NCBI GenBank assembly: GCA_028707125.1
Contig: JAQTUX010000001.1
Span: 544,662-608,661, forward strand
Direction of reading: 5' to 3'
Length of the DNA: 64,000 bases
From: Candidatus Omnitrophota bacterium
Lineage (GTDB): Bacteria; Omnitrophota; Gorgyraeia; Gygaellales; JAQTUX01
The notes under the pieces are model-generated. The model did not search any database. It saw nothing but the letters and a program-made list of their open reading frames with translations, and was not told the DNA's origin. Position numbers and translations under genes: made by a program. This document shows positions 58,023 through 64,000 of the stretch, in pieces (position 1 is the stretch's first letter; every line of letters begins with the position of its first letter).

Positions 58023-59474
58023 ATGTGGCAAGGCCCGTTAGAAAAGATCGACGATCGCCGTTTCCGCATACCCAGATCATACAAAACAGGCATGCTGGTA
58101 GACGGCATCATCATTGCCGACGAGCGGCTGCTTAAAAGCATCAGGCAGGATAAGGCGCTGGAACAGGTAGTCAATGTGGCCTTTTTGCCCGGCATAGTCA
58201 AGGCGTCTTTTGCCATGCCCGATATCCATTGGGGCTACGGCTTCGCCATCGGCGGAGTGGCCGCGACAGATATAGACGCCGGCGGCGTGATCTCTCCCGG
58301 CGGCGTGGGATTTGACATAAACTGCGGCGTGCGGCTGGTAAAGACCAACCTGCGGTATGACGAGATAAAAGACAGGATAGAAAAGATAGTCGCGCGGTTA
58401 TTCAGCGATGTCCCTGCCGGCATCGGCTCCAAGGGCGACATAAGAGTAAGCCCGAAAGAAGAGAGGCAGATCCTGATCAAGGGGGCGCGCTGGTGCGTGG
58501 AACAGGGATACGGCGTTGAGGCAGACCTTGAGGCGACGGAAGAGAACGGAGAGATAAAGGGTGCCGACCCTTCCGGGGTTTCTGACAGGGCATACGAGCG
58601 AGGCAAGGCGCAGTCAGGCACTCTTGGTTCAGGCAACCATTTTCTGGAGATCCAGGCGGTCGAGCAGGTATTTGACCGCGGAGCAGCCGACAGGTTCGGG
58701 ATCAGCGAGGGCCAGATCGTGTTGATGATACACAGCGGCTCGCGCGGTTTTGGCTATCAGGTTTGCGATGAATACGCCAAAGGCATGATAAAGGCGCTCG
58801 CCAAATACAGCATAAACGTCCCTGACAGGCAGCTTGCCTGCGCTCCGGTGAACTCCAGCGAAGGCAAGGCGTATCTGGGCGCGATGCGCTGCGCGGCGAA
58901 TTACGCCTGGGCAAACAGGCAGAACCTTATGCATCTGGCGCGCGGCTCATTTGAGAAGATATTCGGCAGGTCCTGGCAGGATTTAGGTATGGACTTAATC
59001 TATGATGTGGCGCATAATATAGCCAAGATCGAGAAGCATAAAGTAGGCGGTAAAGAAAAATTGCTCTGCGTGCACCGTAAGGGCGCCACCCGCGCCTTCG
59101 GGCCCGGCTCTCCGGGCATACCGGCGCAATACGAAGACATAGGACAGCCGGTGATAATCCCCGGGGATATGGGCAGGAATTCTTATCTTTTAGCGGGGAC
59201 GCGGAGGGCGATGGAAGAGACATTCGGGAGCACCTGTCACGGCGCGGGGCGGCTTATGTCGCGCCACGAAGCAAAGCGCAGGGTGAATTTTTCCGAACTT
59301 ATCAGCCGCCTGAAGGCAAAAGGTATTGTGGTAATGTCCTCCGGCAGAGGGACTGTCGTGGAGGAGGCTCCTGAGGCGTACAAGGATGTCAATGAAGTGG
59401 TGGATGTGGTCCACAAGGCGGGGATCTCAAAAAAGGTCTGCAAGATGCGGCCGCTGGGTGTAATAAAGGGGTAG
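58023..59474 (+). CDS. rtcB: RNA-splicing ligase RtcB (3'-phosphate/5'-hydroxyl RNA ligase)
   Basis: GSGNHF, metal-binding His/Cys residues, HNIAKIE… motifs; 483 aa. Confidence 0.9.
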   Translation: MWQGPLEKIDDRRFRIPRSYKTGMLVDGIIIADERLLKSIRQDKALEQVVNVAFLPGIVKASFAMPDIHWGYGFAIGGVAATDIDAGGVISPGGVGFDINCGVRLVKTNLRYDEIKDRIEKIVARLFSDVPAGIGSKGDIRVSPKEERQILIKGARWCVEQGYGVEADLEATEENGEIKGADPSGVSDRAYERGKAQSGTLGSGNHFLEIQAVEQVFDRGAADRFGISEGQIVLMIHSGSRGFGYQVCDEYAKGMIKALAKYSINVPDRQLACAPVNSSEGKAYLGAMRCAANYAWANRQNLMHLARGSFEKIFGRSWQDLGMDLIYDVAHNIAKIEKHKVGGKEKLLCVHRKGATRAFGPGSPGIPAQYEDIGQPVIIPGDMGRNSYLLAGTRRAMEETFGSTCHGAGRLMSRHEAKRRVNFSELISRLKAKGIVVMSSGRGTVVEEAPEAYKDVNEVVDVVHKAGISKKVCKMRPLGVIKG

Positions 59475-59477
59475 GTT

Positions 59478-60752
59478 ATGCTGGATCTGAAATTTATCAG
59501 AGAAAATATTGACGCGGTAAAGAAAGCGATCAAGGACAGGAATTTAAAATTAGACCTCGCGGAGTTGATCTCTCTGGATGAGAAGCGGCGCAAGACGCTT
59601 GGCGAATTGGACGGCTTAAGGAGCAAGAAGAACGAGGCCAACGACGAGATAAGCGGGCTGCTGAAAGAGAAAAAGGACCCTAAGAAGAAGATCGCTTCAA
59701 TGAAGTCCATATCCAAAGAGATCGATGCTCTGGAAGAAAGCGCCAGGTCTTTTGATTCCCGCCTCAAAGAAATACTGCTTACTATCCCCAATATCCCTCA
59801 CGGGTCAGTGCCCGTGGGCAGCGCCTCTGTGAATAAAATAGCGCGCGGTTGGGGCGATCCGAGGCAGTTTGATTTTAAGCCGCTTACCCATATAGAACTT
59901 TGCGAGCGCCTGGATATAATAGATTTCCCGCGCGCGTCAAAGATCAGCGGCTCTAATTTCGTGCTGTATAAGGGAGACGGGGCGCGGCTTGAGCGGGCGC
60001 TGTTCAACTTTATGCTGGATCTGCATACAAGCAAACACGGTTATAAAGAGGTGTTCCCGCCTTTTCTGGTAAACCGCGCCTCTATGACCGGCACAGGCCA
60101 GCTGCCCAAATTAGAAGAGGATATGTACCGGCTTAAAGACGACGATCTGTTCCTGATCCCCACGGCAGAGGTGCCGGTTACAAACATACATAGAGACGAA
60201 GTGATCGATGAGAGCGCTTTACCTGTATACTATGCCGCCTACAGCGCCTGTTTCAGGAGGGAGGCGGGTTCCTACGGCAAAGACACAAGGGGGCTGATGC
60301 GGGTGCACCAGTTTAACAAGGTGGAACTGGTGAAGTTCGTAAGGCCGGAGACATCTTATGATGAGTTGGAGAAACTCCTGAATAACGCCGAGACAGTCCT
60401 GCAGATGCTGGGCCTGCCTTACAGGGTCATTCTTCTGGCTACGGGGGATATAAGTTTTGCCGCGGCAAAATGCTATGACCTTGAAGCATATGCCTGCGGT
60501 ATGGATAAGTGGCTTGAGGTATCCAGCTGTTCCAACTTCGCTGATTTTCAGGCAAGGCGCGCGAACATAAGATTCCGCAGCAAAGAAACCGGCAAGACAG
60601 AATTTCTGCACACCCTGAATGGTTCCGGAGTCGCCCTGGCAAGGACCGTCGCCGCGATAATAGAGAACTATCAGCAAAAGGACGGCTCTGTAATAATACC
60701 TGAAGCCCTGAGGAGGTATTTTGATGGCAGAGAGAGGATCCAAAAAAAATAA
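59478..60752 (+). CDS. serS: seryl-tRNA synthetase
   Basis: N-terminal coiled-coil arm and class II motifs 1-3. Confidence 0.9.
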   Translation: MLDLKFIRENIDAVKKAIKDRNLKLDLAELISLDEKRRKTLGELDGLRSKKNEANDEISGLLKEKKDPKKKIASMKSISKEIDALEESARSFDSRLKEILLTIPNIPHGSVPVGSASVNKIARGWGDPRQFDFKPLTHIELCERLDIIDFPRASKISGSNFVLYKGDGARLERALFNFMLDLHTSKHGYKEVFPPFLVNRASMTGTGQLPKLEEDMYRLKDDDLFLIPTAEVPVTNIHRDEVIDESALPVYYAAYSACFRREAGSYGKDTRGLMRVHQFNKVELVKFVRPETSYDELEKLLNNAETVLQMLGLPYRVILLATGDISFAAAKCYDLEAYACGMDKWLEVSSCSNFADFQARRANIRFRSKETGKTEFLHTLNGSGVALARTVAAIIENYQQKDGSVIIPEALRRYFDGRERIQKK

Positions 60753-61398
60753 CGGAGAGAAATCGCAGGGGGATGAGGGCAGGAGGCCTTCCGGCAGGTT
60801 CCGTTCCCGCGTATTCGGACTGTTAAAACTTTTTTTGGGCATCCTGGTGGTCCCGCTGTGCGTAGGAACGAGCGCGGCGTTTATCTATAATTTCCGCCTT
60901 TTAGAGCCGGCCGTAATAAAATGCTTCATAAACGGCGCGGTTACGTTTATCGCCCTGTTTTTCCTGATATGGGAGCCGTTGCTGCTTTACAACAAAGGGC
61001 AGAGGATCATCAGCGTTATCTTCAGTTTCTTCCTGCCTCTTGTAAAAGTGGCATCTTATGTGCTGCCTGCCTATGTCATTGTGCTTTTTGCCGGTTATTT
61101 TATATTGAGGTTTTTTGGCTTGGAGGGGCCGGCTTTGGGCTGCATCGTCTTTCTGATCGGTTTCAGCCAGGCCCTGCACCTTGCCTTTACCGCGCGCACC
61201 TTACGGCAAAAGAAGGATTTTCTCAAGGCCAATTACGTATTCGGCTTCTCAGCCATTTACGTATTGAACATATTTATCCTTGCGCTGGGGATCAGTTTTA
61301 TGTTTGCCAGGTTTTCGTTCCTGGATTTCGCGCGCAGCGCCTGTCAGATAACCGGCGAGATCTACCGTCCGCTTGTCGCACAGTTGTTTATGGTATAG
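60724..61398 (+). CDS. hypothetical polytopic membrane protein
   Basis: Basic N-terminus then about 6 hydrophobic helices; overlaps serS 3' end by 29 nt. Confidence 0.45.
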   Translation: MAERGSKKNNGEKSQGDEGRRPSGRFRSRVFGLLKLFLGILVVPLCVGTSAAFIYNFRLLEPAVIKCFINGAVTFIALFFLIWEPLLLYNKGQRIISVIFSFFLPLVKVASYVLPAYVIVLFAGYFILRFFGLEGPALGCIVFLIGFSQALHLAFTARTLRQKKDFLKANYVFGFSAIYVLNIFILALGISFMFARFSFLDFARSACQITGEIYRPLVAQLFMV

Positions 61399-61405
61399 GA
61401 TTTCT

Positions 61406-61495
61406 GGTGGGGTGGCTGAGCGGTTGAAAGCGGCAGTCTTGAAAACTGTTGTGGGCGCAAGTCCACCCTGGGTTCGAATCCCAGCCCCACCGCCA
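61406..61495 (+). tRNA. tRNA-Ser (anticodon TGA), CCA encoded
   Basis: Acceptor GGTGGGG/CCCCACC, anticodon stem GCAGT/ACTGT loop CTTGAAA, long variable arm, T arm CTGGG-TTCGAAT-CCCAG, discriminator G then CCA. Confidence 0.85.
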
Positions 61496-61503
61496 ATCGA
61501 GAT

Positions 61504-61878
61504 ATGGAAAGAGCCATTTTAGTCATTGATGACGACCGGATGGTCACGCACGCCCTGAGCAACCTGTTATCCAGGGAGGGCTACTCTGCCACCACCTCTA
61601 ACGACGGATACAGCGCCATGGAGGAGGTCATAAGGGACGCGAATTTTGACCTTATTGTCTGCGACCTGCGCATGCCCGGCATCAACGGGATCGAGACCGT
61701 GCGCAGGATAAAGGAATACCTGAAGTCAAAGAATAAGCCGGATGTGCCGGTGATATTCATAACCGGCTATGCCGATTCCGACCTCCATATCAAGGCAAAG
61801 GACCTGGGCAAGGTGATCCTTAAGCCCTTTGAGAACAAAGACCTTATTGAGAGTATAAGGGAGTATCTGGAAGAGTAA
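61504..61878 (+). CDS. stand-alone response regulator receiver domain (CheY-like)
   Basis: ILVIDDD…D…MPGINGIE…K receiver motifs; 124 aa; sits between two tRNA-Ser genes. Confidence 0.8.
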   Translation: MERAILVIDDDRMVTHALSNLLSREGYSATTSNDGYSAMEEVIRDANFDLIVCDLRMPGINGIETVRRIKEYLKSKNKPDVPVIFITGYADSDLHIKAKDLGKVILKPFENKDLIESIREYLEE

Positions 61879-61887
61879 GTACCCTTT

Positions 61888-61974
61888 GGAGAGTTGGCAG
61901 AGCGGCTGAATGCGGCGGTCTCGAAAACCGTTGTCGTCGTAAGACGACCGGAGGTTCAAATCCTCCACTCTCCG
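61888..61974 (+). tRNA. tRNA-Ser (anticodon CGA)
   Basis: Acceptor GGAGAGT/ACTCTCC, anticodon stem GCGGT/ACCGT loop CTCGAAA, long variable arm, T arm GGAGG-TTCAAAT-CCTCC; no encoded CCA. Confidence 0.85.
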
Positions 61975-62105
61975 TTTTCATTTTCCGATAAGGAAAATGA
62001 AAACGGATACTTAACAAATGCAGCCGAGCGACAAGCGAGGCCATTTGTTAAGTATCTTGAATGAACAGGGCCGTAGCGAGCGTAGTGCCTGACAGGTAAA
62101 AGGAG
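61971..62105 (+). repeat. tRNA-Ser(CGA) trailer module: 16-bp-stem hairpin with GATAA loop (61971-62007), 13-bp-stem hairpin (62008-62054), then 27-bp element gggccgtagcgagcgtagtgcctgaca (62068-62094)
   Basis: Stems verified by reverse-complement reading; paralogous to 62855-63060. Confidence 0.6.
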
Positions 62106-62108
62106 TGT

Positions 62109-62729
62109 ATGATGAAAAAATTTATAAACCGTATTATCCGCGCCTCATTATTGGACGCGGCGCTGTACAAGGAAGCCGTCTCTGACAATAAGACAATGGG
62201 GCAGGCGGTAGGCGTGGTTGTGTTGGCCGGGCTGGCAGCGGGGCTGGCGGTTGCCGCGCAAGGGGGAGTGATCGCGCTCCTTATGGCTATCGCGGCATCT
62301 CTTCTCGGATGGTATATCTGGGCGTTCCTGATCTATTTTCTCGGCACGCGGCTTATGCCCGGGCCGCAGACACAGGCGGATCTGGGCCAGTTGCTGCGCG
62401 CCGTCGGTTTTTCAAGCGCGCCGGGTATAGTCCGGATATTCGGTATTATATATGCCATACAAAACCCTGTTTTTATGGGCGCTTCGATTTGGATGCTGGC
62501 CGCGATGATAATCGCGGCCAGGGAGGCGCTCAATTACAAAAGCACCCTGCGCGCCATAGGCGTATGCGCTGTCGGCTGGATCATTCAGGCGGCGATTCTC
62601 GCGGCGCTGTTTTCTGTTTTGGGTGGAGGGGATCTGCTCAAGGGTATTTCAAAAGACGCCGCGTCCGAAGATAAACCGGCTGCCCAACAGCAGGGAATTC
62701 AGAATAGCTTGGATTCCGCAGTTCGATAG
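62109..62729 (+). CDS. Yip1-domain family membrane protein
   Basis: About 5 TM helices with Yip1-like N-terminal region; assignment tentative. Confidence 0.45.
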   Translation: MMKKFINRIIRASLLDAALYKEAVSDNKTMGQAVGVVVLAGLAAGLAVAAQGGVIALLMAIAASLLGWYIWAFLIYFLGTRLMPGPQTQADLGQLLRAVGFSSAPGIVRIFGIIYAIQNPVFMGASIWMLAAMIIAAREALNYKSTLRAIGVCAVGWIIQAAILAALFSVLGGGDLLKGISKDAASEDKPAAQQQGIQNSLDSAVR

Positions 62730-62773
62730 ATTTAGCTTAGTTCTTAGCTCTTTTATCTTAGTTCTGCATTTCT

Positions 62774-62858
62774 GGAGGGGTCGCGTAGTGGCCGAGCGCG
62801 CGTGCCTGGAGTGCACGTAACCCGCAAGGGTTCGAGAGTTCGAATCTCTCCCTCTCCG
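62774..62858 (+). tRNA. tRNA-Ser (anticodon GGA)
   Basis: Acceptor GGAGGGG/CCTCTCC, anticodon stem CGTGC/GCACG loop CTGGAGT, long variable arm, T arm GAGAG-TTCGAAT-CTCTC. Confidence 0.8.
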
Positions 62859-63060
62859 TTTTAATTTTGCGACAAGCAAAATTAAACGGTACTGTACGAG
62901 CGTAGCGAGGCGACAAGCCGAGCAGCGAGTACAGTACCTGACAATGTTTTTCGGCTCCGGCACCAAAATTAAATTTCCCGACAAGGGAAATTTTAACGGC
63001 ACTAAAGCGAGCGTTAAACGGCCCGACAAGGGCCGTAGCGAGCGTAGTGCCTGACACTCA
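62855..63060 (+). repeat. tRNA-Ser(GGA) trailer module: four hairpins with GACAA loops (62855-62890; 62889-62937 outer stem; 62971-62993; 63018-63036) then the same 27-bp element (63030-63056)
   Basis: Stems/loops read directly; first hairpin 5' arm starts inside the tRNA 3' end exactly as at 61971. Confidence 0.6.
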
Positions 63061-63082
63061 TTTTTACAAGGAGAAATCCAGG

Positions 63083-63661
63083 ATGACCAAGTCAATTAAA
63101 GGGACAAAGACAGAAAAAAACCTTTTAGCGGCGTTTGCCGGAGAATCACAGGCGAGGAACAGATACACCTATTTTGCCTCGGCCGCCAGAAAAGAGGGCT
63201 ATGAACAGATAGCCAATATCTTTACGGAGACCGCGGAAAATGAGAAAGAGCACGCCAAGGTATTCTTTAAATATCTTGAAGGCGGTGATGTGGAGATCAC
63301 CGCCTCTTATCCCGCCGGGATGATCAAAGATACCAGGGCCAACCTTGGGGAAGCGGCAGCCGGAGAGAACCTGGAGTGGACCACCCTTTATTCGGATTTT
63401 GCTAAAACCGCTAAAGACGAGGGCTTTCCGGAGGTAGCGCGGTCATTTGAACAGGTAGCCAAGGTGGAAAGGTTCCATGAGTCCAGATACAGAAAGTTGA
63501 TCAATAATATATCTGACGGCGAGGTATTTAAGAAGAAGGCAGTGGTAAAATGGCACTGTATTAACTGCGGTTATGTCGCTGAGGGCGCTGAGGCGCCTAA
63601 AGAGTGCCCTGCTTGTAAGCATCCGCGGGCGTTCTATGAGGTTTTGAGCGAGAATTATTAG
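63083..63661 (+). CDS. rbr: rubrerythrin (diiron ferritin-like domain + C-terminal rubredoxin-like C-x2-C…C-x2-C)
   Basis: E…ExxH diiron motifs; CINCG…CPACK; ATG 63083 with aaggag RBS (track start 63047 trimmed). Confidence 0.85.
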   Translation: MTKSIKGTKTEKNLLAAFAGESQARNRYTYFASAARKEGYEQIANIFTETAENEKEHAKVFFKYLEGGDVEITASYPAGMIKDTRANLGEAAAGENLEWTTLYSDFAKTAKDEGFPEVARSFEQVAKVERFHESRYRKLINNISDGEVFKKKAVVKWHCINCGYVAEGAEAPKECPACKHPRAFYEVLSENY

Positions 63662-64000
63662 AGGATAACAGTTTCTTTCCCGCAGAGTTTTTCCGCTATC
63701 GCCAGCGCGAAGGACAGGGCAGTGGCCGGGCCGCGGCTGGTGATGATATTTCCATCCACAACAACATCATCCTCTTTATAGGCTGTGTTTTTGCCGAAGC
63801 TGTCCTGCATCCCGGGATAGCAAGTCGCGGCCTTTCCTTTTAATATCCCCGTGGGTATCAGCACCAGGGCAGGGGCCGCGCAGATAGCCGCGATTATCTT
63901 TCCTTCCTGATTCATTTTTATTAATAGGGATCTGACCTTATCCGAAGCGGCGAGATTTTTCGCTCCCAGGCTGCCTCCGGGCAGGACGCAGGCGTCAAAA
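63658..64000 (-). CDS. DJ-1/PfpI family protein, N-terminus beyond window end
   Basis: Minus-strand frame stays open to position 64000 (…[13 protein letters not shown]… then listed ORF); conserved Cys in AICAAP nucleophile elbow. Confidence 0.7.
   Translation of the reverse strand, partial: FDACVLPGGSLGAKNLAASDKVRSLLIKMNQEGKIIAAICAAPALVLIPTGILKGKAATCYPGMQDSFGKNTAYKEDDVVVDGNIITSRGPATALSFALAIAEKLCGKETVIL

Noticed and set aside
61971-63060. CRISPR array interpretation of the repeated hairpins near tRNA-Ser genes
   Set aside because: No regularly spaced identical direct repeats with unique spacers; elements are inverted-repeat hairpins with variable stems and a shared loop, and no cas genes are present

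Overview
This window looks like a core bacterial chromosomal region, GC-rich outside a few islands. Of the genes I accept, only two are on the minus strand (ppiD/surA-like, and a partial DJ-1/PfpI gene at the window end); all others are on the plus strand. It is a Gram-negative-type (diderm) genome: bamA-skp-lpxD-lpxC/fabZ-lpxA-lpxI are present. The gene content has an anaerobic flavour: desulforedoxin, rubrerythrin, a four-subunit 2-oxoacid:ferredoxin oxidoreductase, ferredoxin and several radical SAM proteins. I suspect an uncultivated lineage; I cannot assign a taxon from sequence alone. Gene order is as follows. (1) Nucleotide synthesis: yjbQ, desulforedoxin, PurF-like, carB, and a stand-alone GMP synthase ATP-pyrophosphatase subunit. 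(2) A cold-shock module: cspA followed by a DEAD-box helicase, with two paralogous B12-binding radical SAM genes nearby. (3) A periplasmic MsrB-MsrA cassette lying between relics of two upstream genes. (4) Central metabolism: pckG, a stress/envelope block (lipoprotein, MarC, CheY-like receiver, HtpX, trxA) and a split pta plus ackA. (5) Cofactor and repair genes: panD, def, lipA, rmuC. (6) Thiol-redox and electron-transfer genes: cutA-ccdA-tlpA, the porGDAB operon, a ferritin-like protein and ferredoxin. (7) hisG, a split transketolase, ispE, a SpoVG carrying a zinc-ribbon insertion, tRNA-Gln, then glmU-prs-rplY(ctc)-pth-rpsF-ssb-rpsR-rplI-dnaB. (8) The LPS/outer-membrane cluster. (9) An AT-rich dockerin/HEAT/HExxH gene, then a tRNA-rich block: tRNA-Arg and tRNA-Lys with archease and RtcB, then serS with three tRNA-Ser isoacceptors, followed by a Yip1-like protein, rubrerythrin and DJ-1. 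I found no CRISPR, restriction-modification, toxin-antitoxin or obvious mobile elements. The observations I rate as most unusual are listed in the findings. They are a family of GACAA-loop hairpins with a 27-bp exact repeat downstream of two tRNA-Ser genes, a palindromic array of telomere-like heptamer repeats, and relic direct repeats around msrBA. Others are a PurF-like enzyme with Ser in place of the catalytic Cys, a SpoVG with a zinc-ribbon insert, a dockerin-HEAT-HExxH secreted protein in a compositionally foreign islet, and a tRNA-archease-RtcB operon.
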